Source: the human T2T-CHM13v2.0 reference genome, Homo sapiens
Strand: one strand, 5' to 3'
NCBI RefSeq assembly: GCF_009914755.1
Contig: NC_060925.1
DNA length: 64,000 bases
The notes below the pieces were generated by a model that was not told the origin of the DNA, did not search any database, and worked only from the letters and a program-made list of their open reading frames with translations. Of this stretch, positions 12,501-27,000 are shown one piece after another; the stretch's first letter is position 1; each line of letters begins with the position of its first letter. The translations under genes and the position numbers were made by a program.

Positions 12501-15500
12501 CGAGTGGAATCGAATGGAATTATGATCAAATGGAATCGAATGTAATCATCATCAAATGGAATCAAAAATAACCATCATCAATTGCTATTGAATGGAATTG
12601 TCATCAAATGGAATTCAAAGGAATCATCATCAAATGGAACCGAATGGAATCCTCATTGAATGGAAATGAAAGGGGTCATCATCTAATGGAATCGCATGGA
12701 ATCATCACCAAATGGAATCGAATGGAATCATCATCAAATGGAATCTAATGGAATCATTGAACAGAATTGAATGGAATCGTCATCGAATGAATTGAATGCA
12801 ATCATCGAATGGTCTCGAATGGAATCATCTTCTAATGGAAAGGAATGGAATCATCGCATAGAATCGAATGGAATTATCATCGAATGGAATCGAATGGTAT
12901 CAACACCAAACGGAAAAAAACGGAATTATCGAATGGAATCGAAGAGAATCTTCGAACGGACCCGAATGGAATCATCTAATGGAATGGAATGGAATAATCC
13001 ATGGACTCGAATGCAATCATCATCGAATGGAATCGAATGGAATCATCGAATGGACTCGAATGGAATAATCATTGAACGGAATCGAATGGAATCATCATCG
13101 GATGGAAACGAATGGAATCATCATCGAATGGAAATGAAAGGAGTCATCATCTAATGGAATTGCATGGAATCATCATCAAATGGAATCGAATGGAATCAAC
13201 ATCAAATGGAATCTAATGGAATCATTGAACAGAATTGAATGGAATCGTCATCGAATGAATTGACTGCAATCATCGAATGGTCTCGAATGGAATCATCTTC
13301 TAATGGAAAGGAATGGAATCATCGCATAGAATCGAATGGAATTATCATCGAATGGAATCGAATGGTATCAACACCAAACGGAAAAAAACGGAATTATCGA
13401 AAGGAATCGAAGAGAATCTTCGAACGGACCCGAATGGAATCATCTAATGGAATGGAATGGAATAATCCATGGACTCGAATGCAATCATCATCGAATGGAA
13501 TCGAATGGAATCATCGAATGGACTCGAATGGAATAATCATTGAACGGAATCGAATGGAATCATCATCGGATGGAAATGAATGGAATCATCATCGAATGGA
13601 ATCGAATAGAATTATGGAATGAAATCCAGTGTGATCATCATCGAATGGACCCGAATGGAATCATCATCCAACAGAAGCTAATGGAATCAACATCGAATGA
13701 ATCGAATGGAAACACCATCGAATTCAAACGAATGGAATTACCATGAAATTGAAATGGATGGACTCATCATCGAATGGATTCGGATGGAATCATCGAATAA
13801 AATTGATTGAAATCATCATCGAATGGAATCGAATGGTATCATTGAATGGAATCGAATGGAATCATCATCAGATGGAAATGAATGGAATCGTCATAGAATG
13901 GAATCGAATGGATTCATTGAATGGAATCAGATGGAATCATCGAATGGACTGGAATGGAATCATTGAATGGACTCGAAAGGGATCATGATTGAATGGAATT
14001 GAATGGAATCATCGAATGGTCTCGATTGGAATCATTATTAAATGGAATCGAATGGAATCACCGAATAGAATCGAATGGAACAATCATCGAATGGACTCAA
14101 ATGGAATTATCCTCAAATGGAATCGAATGGAATTATCAAATGCAATCGAATGGAATTATCGAATGCAATCGAATAGAATCATCGAATGGACTCGAATGGA
14201 ATCATCGAATGGAATGGAATGGAACAGTCAATGAACTCGAATGGAATCATCATTGAATGGAATCGAATGTAATCATCGAGTGGAATCCAATGGAATTATG
14301 ATCAAATGGAATCGAATGTAATCATCATCAAATGGAATCAAAAATAACCATCATCAATTGGTATTGAATGGAATTGTCATCAAATGGAATTCAAAGGAAT
14401 CATCATCAAATGGAACCGAATGGAATCCTCATTGAATGGAAATGAAAGGGGTCATCATCTAATGGAATCGCATGGAATCATCATCAAATGGAATCGAATG
14501 GAATCATCATCAAATGGAATCTAATGGAATCATTGAACAGAATTGAATGGAATCGTCATCGAATGAATTGAATGCAATCATCGAATGGTCTCGAATGGAA
14601 TCATCTTCTAATGGAAAGGAATGGAATCATCGCATAGAATCGAATGGAATTATCATCGAATGGAATCGAATGGTATCAACACCAAACGGAAAAAAACGGA
14701 ATTATCGAATGGAATCGAAGAGAATCTTCGAACGGACCCGAATGGAATCATCTAATGGAATGGAATGGAATAATCCATGGACTCGAATGCAATCATCATC
14801 GAATGGAATGGAATGGAATCATCGAATGGACTCGAATGGAATAATCATTGAACGGAATCGAATGGAATCATCATCGGATGGAAACGAATGGAATCATCAT
14901 CGAATGGAAATGAAAGGAGTCATCATCTAATGGAATTGCATGGAATCATCATAAAATGGAATCGAATGGAATCAACATCAAATGGAATCAAATGGAATCA
15001 TTGAACGGAATTGAATGGAATCGTCATCGAATGAATTGACTGCAATCATCGAATGGTCTCGAATGGAATCATCTTCAAATGGAATGGAATGGAATCATCG
15101 CATAGAATCGAATGGAATTATCATCGAATGGAATCGAATGGAATCAACATCAAACGGAAAAAAACAGAATTATCGTATGGAATCGAAGAGAATCATCGAG
15201 TGGACCCGAATGGAATCATCTAATGGAATGGAATGGAATAATCCATGGACTCGAATGCAATCATCATCGAATGGAATCGAATGGAATCATCGAATGGACT
15301 CGAATGGAATAATCATTGAACGGAATCGAATGGAATCATCATCGGATGGAAATGAATGGAATCATCATCGAATGGAATCGAATAGAATTATGGAATGAAA
15401 TCCAGTGTGATCATCATCGAATGGACCCGAATGGAATCATCATCCAACGGAAGCTAATGGAATCAACATCGAATGAATCGAATGGAAACACCATCGAATT

Positions 15501-18500
15501 GAAACGAATGGAATTATCATGAAATTGAAATGGATGGACTCATCATCGAATGGATTCGAATGGAATCATCGAATAAAATTGATTGAAATCATCATCCAAT
15601 GGAATCGAATGGTATCATTGAATGGAATCGAATGGAATCATCATCAGATGGAAATGAATGGAATCGTCATAGAATGGAATCGAATGGATTCATTGAATGG
15701 AATCAGATGGAATCATCGAATGGACTGGAATGGAATCATTGAATGGACTCGAAAGGGATCATGATTGAATGGAATTGAATGGAATCATCGAATGGTCTCG
15801 ATTGGAATCATTATCAAATGGAATCGAATGGAATCATCGAATAGAATCGAATGGAACAATCATCGAATGGACTCAAATGGAATTATCCTCAAATGGAATC
15901 GAATGGAATTATCGAATGCAATCGAATGGAATTATCGAATGCAATCGAATAGAATCATCGAATGGACTCGAATGGAATCATCGAATGGAATGGAATGGAA
16001 CAGTCAATGAACACGAATGGAATCATCATTGAATGGAATCTAATGGAATCATCGAGTGGAATCGAATGGAATTATGATCAAATGGAATCGAATGTAATCA
16101 TCATCAAATGGAATCAAAAATAACCATCATCAATTGCTATTGAATGGAATTGTCATCAAATGGAATTCAAAGGAATCATCATCAAATGGAACCGAATGGA
16201 ATCCTCATTGAATGGAAATGAAAGGGGTCATCATCTAATGGAATCGCATGGAATCATCATCAAATGGAATCGAATGGAATCATCATCAAATGGAATCTAA
16301 TGGAATCATTGAACAGAATTGAATGGAATCGTCATCGAATGAATTGAATGCAATCATCGAATGGTCTCGAATGGAATCATCTTCTAATGGAAAGGAATGG
16401 AATCATCGCATAGAATCGAATGGAATTATCATCGAATGGAATCGAATGGTATCAACACCAAACGGAAAAAAACGGAATTATCGAATGGAATCGAAGAGAA
16501 TCTTCGAACGGACCCGAATGGAATCATCTAATGGAATGGAATGGAATAATCCATGGACTCGAATGCAATCATCATCGAATGGAATCGAATGGAGTCATCG
16601 AATGGACTCGAATGGAATAATCATTGAACGGAATCGAATGCAATCATCATCGGATGGAAACGAATGGAATCATCATCGAATGGAAATGAAAGGAGTCATC
16701 ATCTAATGCAATTGCATGGAATCATCATCAAATAGAATCGAATGGAATCAACATCAAATGGAATCTAATGGAATCATTGAACAGAATTGAATGGAATCGT
16801 CATCGAATGAATTGACTGCAATCATCGAATGGTCTCGAATGGAATCATCTTCAAATGGAATGGAATGGAATCATCGCATAGAATCGAATGGAATTATCAT
16901 CGAATGGAATCGAATGGAATCAACAACAAACGGAAAAAAACGGAATTATCGAATGGAATCGAAGAGAATCATCGAATGGACCCGAATGGAATCATCTAAT
17001 GGAATGGAATGGAATAATCCATGGACTCGAATGCAATCATCATCGAATGGAATCGAATGGAATCATCGAATGGACTCGAATGGAATAATCATTGAACGGA
17101 ATCGAATGGAATCATCATCGGATGGAAATGAATGGAATCATCATCGAATGGAATCGAATAGAATTATGGAATGAAATCCAGTGTGATCATCATCGAATGG
17201 ACCCGAATGGAATCATCATCCAACGGAAGCTAATGGAATCAACATCGAATGAATCAAATGGAAACACCATCGAATTGAAACGAATGGAATTATCATGGAA
17301 TTGAAACGGATGGACTCATCATCGAATGGATTCGAATGGAATCATCGAATAAAATTGATTGAAATCATCATCGAATGGAATCGAATGGTATCATTGAATG
17401 GAATCGAATGGAATCATCATCAGATGGAAATGAATGGAATCGTCATAGAATGGAATCGAATGGATTCATTGAATGGAATCAGATGGAATCATCGAATGGA
17501 CTGGAATGGAATCATTGAATGGACTCGAAAGGGATCATGATTGAATGGAATTGAATGGAATCATCGAATGGTCTCGATTGGAATCATTATCAAATGGAAT
17601 CGAATGGAATCACCGAATAGAATCGAATGGAACAATCATCGAATGGACTCAAATGGAATTATCCTCCAATGGAATCGAATGGAATTATCGAATGCAATCG
17701 AATGGAATTATCGAATGCAATCGAATAGAATCATCGAATGGACTCGAATGGAATCATCGAATGGAATGGAATGGAACAGTCAATGAACTCGAATGGAATC
17801 ATCATTGAATGGAATCGAATGGAATCATCGAGTGGAATAGAATGGAATTATGATCAAATGGAATCGAATGTAATCATCATCAAATGGAATCAAAAATAAC
17901 CATCATCAATTGGTATTGAATGGAATTGTCATCAAATGGAATTCAAAGGAATCATCATCAAATGGAACCGAATGGAATCCTCATTGAATGGAAATGAAAG
18001 GGGTCATCATCTAATGGAATCGCATGGAATCATCATCAAATGGAATCGAATGGAATCATCATCAAATGGAATCTAATGGAATCATTGAACAGAATTGAAT
18101 GGAATCGTCATCGAATGAATTGAATGCAATCATCGAATGGTCTCGAATGGAATCATCTTCTAATGGAAAGGAATGGAATCATCGCATAGAATCGAATGGA
18201 ATTATCATCGAATGGAATCGAATGGTATCAACACCAAACGGAAAAAAACGGAATTATCGAATGGAATCGAAGAGAATCTTCGAACGGACCCGAATGGAAT
18301 CATCTAATGGAATGGAATGGAATAATCCATGGACTCGAATGCAATCATCATCGAATGGAATCGAATGGAATCATCGAATGGACTCGAATGGAATAATCAT
18401 TGAACGGAATCGAATGGAATCATCATCGGATGGAAATGAATGGAATCATCATCGAATGGAAATGAAAGGAGTCATCATCTAATGGAATTGCATGGAATCA

Positions 18501-19714
18501 TCATAAAATGGAATCAAATGGAATCAACATCAAATGGAATCAAATGGAATCATTGAACGGAATTGAATGGAATCGTCATCGAATGAATTGACTGCAATCA
18601 TCGAATGGTCTCGAATGGAATCATCTTCAAATGGAATGGAATGGAATCATCGCATAGAATCGAATGGAATTATCATCGAATGGAATCGAATGGAATCAAC
18701 ATCAAACGGAAAAAAACAGAATTATCGAATGGAATCGAAGAGAATCATCGAATGGACCCGAATGGAATCATCTAATGGAATGGAATGGAATAATCCATGG
18801 ACTCGAATGCAATCATCATCGAATGGAATCGAATGGAATCATCGAATGGACTCGAATGGAATAATCATTGAACGGAATCGAATGGAATCATCATCGGATG
18901 GAAATGAATGGAATCATCATCGAATGGAATCGAATAGAATTATGGAATGAAATCCAGTGTGATCATCATCGAATGGACCCGAATGGAATCATCATCCAAC
19001 GGAAGCTAATGGAATCAACATCGAATGAATCGAATGGAAACACCATCGAATTGAAACGAATGGAATTATCATGAAATTGAAATGGATGGACTCATCATCG
19101 AATGGATTCGAATGGAATCATCGAATAAAATTGATTGAAATCATCATCCAATGGAATCGAATGGTATCATTGAATGGAATCGAATGGAATCATCATCAGA
19201 TGGAAATGAATGGAATCGTCATAGAATGGAATCGAATGGATTCATTGAATGGAATCAGATGGAATCATCGAATGGACTGGAATGGAATCATTGAATGGAC
19301 TCGAAAGGGATCATTATTGAATGGAATTGAATGGAATCATCGAATGGTCTCGATTGGAATCATTACCAAATGGAATCGAATGGAATCACAGAATAGAATC
19401 GAATGGAACAATCATCGAATGGACTCAAATGGAATTATCCTCAAATGGAATCGAATGGAATTATCGAATGCAATCGAATGGAATTATCGAATGCAATCGA
19501 ATAGAATCATCGAATGGACTCGAATGGAATCATCGAATGGAATGGAATGGAACAGTCAATGAACTCGAATGGAATCATCATTGAATGGAATCGAATGGAA
19601 TCATCGAGTGGAATCGAATGGAATTATGATCAAATGGAATCGAATGTAATCATCATCAAATGGAATCAAAAATAACCATCATCAATTGGTATTGAATGGA
19701 ATTGTCATCAAATG

Positions 19715-21022
19715 GAATTCAAAGGAATCATCATTAAATGGAACCGAATGGAATCCTCATTGAATGGAAATGAAAGGGGTCATCATCTAATGGAATCGCA
19801 TGGAATCATCATCAAATGGAATCGAATGGAATCATCATCAAATGGAATCTAATGGAATCATTGAACAGAATTGAATGGAATCGTCATCGAATGAATTGAA
19901 TGCAATCATTGAATGGTCTCGAATGGAATCATCTTCTAATGGAAAGGAATGGAATCATCGCATAGAATCGAATGGAATTATCATCGAATGGAATCGAATG
20001 GTATCAACACCAAACGGAAAAAAACGGAATTATCGAATGGAATCGAAGAGAATCATCGAATGGACCCGAATGGAATCATCTAATGGAATGGAATGGAATA
20101 ATCCATGGACTCGAATGCAATCATCATCGAATGGAATCGAATGGAATCATCGAATGGACTCGAATGGAATAATCATTGAACGGAATCGAATGGAATCATC
20201 ATCGGATGGAAATGAATGGAATCATCATCGAATGGAATCGAATAGAATTATGGAATGAAATCCAGTGTGATCATCATCGAATGGACCCGAATGGAATCAT
20301 CATCCAACGGAAGCTAATGGAATCAACATCGAATGAATCGAATGGAAACACCATCGAATTGAAACGAATGGAATTATCATGAAATTGAAATGGATGGACT
20401 CATCATCGAATGGATTCGAATGGAATCATCGAATAAAATTGATTGAAATCATCATCCAATGGAATCGAATGGTATCATTGAATGGAATCGAATGGAATCA
20501 TCATCAGATGGAAATGAAAGGAGTCGTCATAGAATGGAATCGAATGGATTCATTGAATGGAATCAGATGGAATCATCGAATGGACTGGAATGGAATCATT
20601 GAATGGACTCGAAAGGGATCATTATTGAATGGAATTGAATGGAATCATCGAATGGTCTCGATTGGAATCATTACCAAATGGAATCGAATGGAATCACCGA
20701 ATAGAATCGAATGGAACAATCATCGAATGGACTCAAATGGAATTATCCTCAAATGGAATCGAATGGAATTATCGAATGCAATCGAATGGAATTATCGAAT
20801 GCAATCGAATAGAATCATCGAATGGACTCGAATGGAATCATCGAATGGAATGGAATGGAACAGTCAATGAACTCGAATGGAATCATCATTGAATGGAATC
20901 GAATGGAATCATCGAGTGGAATCGAATGGAATTATGATCAAATGGAATCGAATGTAATCATCATCAAATGGAATCAAAAATAACCATCATCAATTGGTAT
21001 TGAATGGAATTGTCATCAAATG
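19715..21022 (+). repeat. 1,308-bp variant unit with a single hybrid A/B subrepeat (468 bp shorter than canonical)
   Basis: EcoRI 19715->21023 and anchors 19071->20379 are both 1,308 bp. A markers run up to 20010 and B markers start at 20055. Confidence 0.93.
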
Positions 21023-24000
21023 GAATTCAAAGGAATCATCATCAAATGGAACCGAATGGAATCCTCATTGAATGGAAATGAAAGGGGTCATCATCTAATG
21101 GAATCGCATGGAATCATCATCAAATGGAATCGAATGGAATCATCATCAAATGGAATCTAATGGAATCATTGAACAGAATTGAATGGAATCGTCATCGAAT
21201 GAATTGAATGCAATCATCGAATGGTCTCGAAAGGAATCATCTTCTAATGGAAAGGAATGGAATCATCGCATAGAATCGAATGGAATTATCATCGAATGGA
21301 ATCGAATGGTATCAACACCAAACGGAAAAAAACGGAATTATCGAATGGAATCGAAGAGAATCTTCGAACGGACCCGAATGGAATCATCTAATGGAATGGA
21401 ATGGAATAATCCATGGACTCGAATGCAATCATCATCGAATGGAATCGAATGGAGTCATCGAATGGACTCGAATGGAATAATCATTGAACGGAATCGAATG
21501 GAATCATCATCGGATGGAAACGAATGGAATCATCATCGAATGGAAATGAAAGGAGTCATCATCTAATGGAATTGCATGGAATCATCATAAAATGCAATCG
21601 AATGGAATCAACATCAAATGGAATCAAATGGAATCATTGAACGGAATTGAATGGAATCGTCATCGAATGAATTGACTGCAATCATCGAATGGTCTCGAAT
21701 GGAATCATCTTCAAATGGAATGGAATGGAATCATCGCATAGAATCGAATGGAATTATCATCGAATGGAATCGAATGGAATCAACATCAAACGGAAAAAAA
21801 CAGAATTATCGTATGGAATCTAAGAGAATCATCGAATGGACCCGAATGGAATCATCTAATGGAATGGAATGGAATAATCCATGGACTCGAATGCAATCAT
21901 CATCGAATGGAATCGAATGGAATCATCGAATGGACTCGAATGGAATAATCATTGAACGGAATCGAATGGAATCATCATCGGATGGAAATGAATGGAATCA
22001 TCATCGAATGGAATCGAATAGAATTATGGAATGAAATCCAGTGTGATTATCATCGAATCGACCCGAATGGAATCATCATCCAACGGAAGCTAATGGAATC
22101 AACATCGAATGAATCGAATGGAAACACCATCGAATTGAAACGAATGGAATTATCATGAAATTGAAATGGATGGACTCATCATCGAATGGATTCGAATGGA
22201 ATCATCGAATAAAATTGATTGAAATCATCATCCAATGGAATCGAATGGTATCATTGAATGGAAACGAATGGAATCATCATCAGATGGAAATGAATGGAAT
22301 CGTCATAGAATGGAATCGAATGGATTCATTGAATGGAATCAGATGGAATCATCGAATGGACTGGAATGGAATCATTGAATGGACTCGAAAGGGATCATTA
22401 TTGAATGGAATTGAATGGAATCATCGAATGGTCTCGATTGGAATCATTATCAAATGGAATCGAATGGAATCACCGAATAGAATCGAATGGAACAATCATC
22501 GAATGGACTCAAATGGAATTATCCTCCAATGGAATCGAATGGAATTATCGAATGCAATCGAATGGAATTATCGAATGCAATCGAATAGAATCATCGAATG
22601 GACTCGAATGGAATCATCGAATGGAATGGAATGGAACAGTCAATGAACTCGAATGGAATCATCATTGAATGGAATCGAATGGAATCATCGAGTGGAATCG
22701 AATGGAATTATGATCAAATGGAATCGAATGTAATCATCATCAAATGGAATCAAAAATAACCATCATCAATTGGTATTGAATGGAATTGTCATCAAATGGA
22801 ATTCAAAGGAATCATCATCAAATGGAACCGAATGGAATCCTCATTGAATGGAAATGAAAGGGGTCATCATCTAATGGAATCGCATGGAATCATCATCAAA
22901 TGGAATCGAATGGAATCATCATCAAATGGAATCTAATGGAATCATTGAACAGAATTGAATGGAATCGTCATCGAATGAATTGAATGCAATCATCGAATGG
23001 TCTCTAATGGAATCATCTTCTAATGGAAAGGAATGGAATCATCGCATAGAATCGAATGGAATTATCATCGAATGGAATCGAATGGTATCAACACCAAACG
23101 GAAAAAAACGGAATTATCGAATGGAATCGAAGAGAATCTTCGAACGGACCCAAATGGAATCATCTAATGGAATGGAATGGAATAATCCATGGACTCGAAT
23201 GCAATCATCATCGAATGGAATGGAATGGAATCATCGAATGGACTCGAATGGAATAATCATTGAACGGAATCGAATGGAATCATCATCGGATGGAAACGAA
23301 TGGAATCATCATCGAATGGAAATGAAAGGAGTCATCATCTAATGGAATTGCATGGAATCATCATAAAATGGAATCGAATGGAATCAACATCAAATGGAAT
23401 CAAATGGAATCATTGAACGGAATTGAATGGAATCGTCATCGAATGAATTGACTGCAATCATCGAATGGTCTCGAATGGAATCATCTTCAAATGGAATGGA
23501 ATGGAATCATCGCATAGAATCGAATGGAATTATCATCGAATGGAATCGAATGGAATCAACATCAAATGGAAAAAAACGGAATTATCGAATGGAATCGAAG
23601 AGAATCATCGAATGGACCCGAATGGAATCATCTAATGGAATGGAATGGAATAATCCATGGACTCGAATGCAATCATCATCGAATGGAATCGAATGGAATC
23701 ATCGAATGAACTCGAATGGAATAATCATTGAACGGAATCGAATGGAATCATCATCGGATGGAAATGAATGGAATCATCATCGAATGGAATCGAATATAAT
23801 TATGGAATGAAATCCAGTGTGATCATCATCGAATGGACCCGAATGGAATCATCATCCAACGGAAGCTAATGGAATCAACATCGAATGAATCGAATGGAAA
23901 CACCATCGAATTGAAACGAATGGAATTATCATGAAATTGAAATGGATGGACTCATCATCGAATGGATTCGAATGGAATCATCGAATAAAATTGATTGAAA

Positions 24001-27000
24001 TCATCATCGAATGGAATCGAATGGTATCATTGAATGGAATCGAATGGAATCATCATCAGATGGAAATGAATGGAATCGTCATAGAATGGAATCGAATGGA
24101 TTCATTGAATGGAATCAGATGGAATCATCGAATGGACTGGAATGGAATCATTGAATGGACTCGAAAGGGATCATTATTGAATGGAATTGAATGGAATCAT
24201 CGAATGGTCTCGATTGGAATCATTATCAAATGGAATCGAATGGAATCATCGAATAGAATCGAATGGAACAATCATCGAATGTACTCAAATGGAATTATCC
24301 TCAAATGGAATCGAATGGAATTATCGAATGCAATCGAATGGAATTATCGAATGCAATCGAATAGAATCATCGAATGGACTCGAATGGAATCATCGAATGG
24401 AATGGAATGGAACAGTCAATGAACACGAATGGAATCATCATTGAATGGAATCTAATGGAATCATCGAGTGGAATCGAATGGAATTATGATCAAATGGAAT
24501 CGAATGTAATCATCATCAAATGGAATCAAAAATAACCATCATCAATTGGTATTGAATGGAATTGTCATCAAATGGAATTCAAAGGAATCATCATCAAATG
24601 GAACCGAATGGAATCCTCATTGAATGGAAATGAAAGGCGTCATCATCTAATGGAATCGCATGGAATCATCATCAAATGGAATCGAATGGAATCATCATCA
24701 AATGGAATCTAATGGAATCATTGAACAGAATTGAATGGAATCGTCATCGAATGAATTGAATGCAATCATCGAATGGTCTCGAATGGAATCATCTTCTAAT
24801 GGAAAGGAATGGAATCATCGCATAGAATCGAATGGAATTATCATCGAATGGAATCGAATGGTATCAACACCAAACGGAAAAAAACGGAATTATCGAATGG
24901 AATCGAAGAGAATCTTCGAACGGACCCGAATGGAATCATCTAATGGAATGGAATGGAATAATCCATGGACTCGAATGCAATCATCATCGAATGGAATCGA
25001 ATGGAGTCATCGAATGGACTCGAATGGAATAATCATTGAACGGAATCGAATGGAATCATCATCGGATGGAAACGAATGGAATCATCATCGAATGGAAATG
25101 AAAGGAGTCATCATCTAATGGAATTGCATTTAATCATCATAAAATGCAATCGAATGGAATCAACATCAAATGGAATCAAATGGAATCATTGAACGGAATT
25201 GAATGGAATCGTCATCGAATGAATTGACTGCAATCATCGAATGGTCTCGAATGGAATCATCTTCAAATGGAATGGAATGGAATCATCGCATAGAATGGAA
25301 TGGAATTATCATCGAATGGAATCGAATGGAATCAACATCAAACGGAAAAAAACAGAATTATCGTGTGGAATCGAAGAGAATCATCGAATGGACCCGAATG
25401 GAATCATCTAATGGAATGGAATGGAATAATCCATGGACTCGAATGCAATCATCATCGAATGGAATCGAATGGAATCATCGAATGGACTCGAATGGAATAA
25501 TCATTGAACGGAATCGAATGGAATCATCATCGGATGGAAATGAATGGAATCATCATCGAATGGAATCGAATAGAATTATGGAATGAAATCCAGTGTGATC
25601 ATCATCGAATGGACCCAAATGGAATCATCATCCAACGGAAGCTAATGGAATCAACATCGAATGAATCGAATGGAACCACCATCGAATTGAAACGAATGGA
25701 ATTATCATGAAATTGAAATGGATGGACACATCATCGAATGGATTCGAATGGAATCATCGAATAAAATTGATTGAAATCATCATCAAATGGAATCGAATGG
25801 TATCATTGAATGGAATCGAATGGAATCATCATCAGATGGAAATGAATGGAATCGTCATAGAATGGAATCGAATGGATTCATTGAATGGAATCAGATGGAA
25901 TCATCGAATGGACTGGAATGGAATCATTGAATGGACTCGAAAGGGATCATTATTGAATGGAATTGAATGGAATCATCGAATGGTCTCGATTGGAATCATT
26001 ACCAAATGGAATCGAATGGAATCACCGAATAGAATCGAATGGAACAATCATCGAATGGACTCAAATGGAATTATCCTCCAATGGAATCGAATGGAATTAT
26101 CGAATGCAATCGAATGGAATTATCGAATGCAATCGAATAGAATCATCGAATGGACTCGAATGGAATCATCGAATGGAATGGAATGGAACAGTCAATGAAC
26201 TCGAATGGAATCATCATTGAATGGAATCGAATGGAATCATCGAGTGGAATCGAATGGAATTATGATCAAATGGAATCGAATGTAATCATCATCAAATGGA
26301 ATCAAAAATAACCATCATCAATTGGTATTGAATGGAATTGTCATCAAATGGAATTCAAAGGAATCATCATCAAATGGAACCGAATGGAATCCTCATTGAA
26401 TGGAAATGAAAGGGGTCATCATCTAATGGAATCGCATGGAATCATCATCAAATGGAATCGAATGGAATCATCATCAAATGGAATCTAATGGAATCATTGA
26501 ACAGAATTGAATGGAATCGTCATCGAATGAATTGAATGCAATCATCGAATGGTCTCGAATGGAATCATCTTCTAATGGAAAGGAATGGAATCATCGCATA
26601 GAATCGAATGGAATTATCATCGAATGGAATCGAATGGTATCAACACCAAACGGAAAAAAACGGAATTATCGAATGGAATCGAAGAGAATCTTCGAACGGA
26701 CCCGAATGGAATCATCTAATGGAATGGAATGGAATAATCCATGGACTCGAATGCAATCATCATCGAATGGAATCGAATGGAGTCATCGAATGGACTCGAA
26801 TGGAATAATCATTGAACGGAATCGAATGGAATCATCATCGGATGGAAACGAATGGAATCATCATCGAATGGAAATGAAAGGAGTCATCATCTAATGGAAT
26901 TGCATGGAATCATCATAAAATGGAATCGAATGGAATCAACCTCAAATGGAATCAAATGGAATCATTGAACGGAATTGAATGGAATCGTCATCGAATGAAT

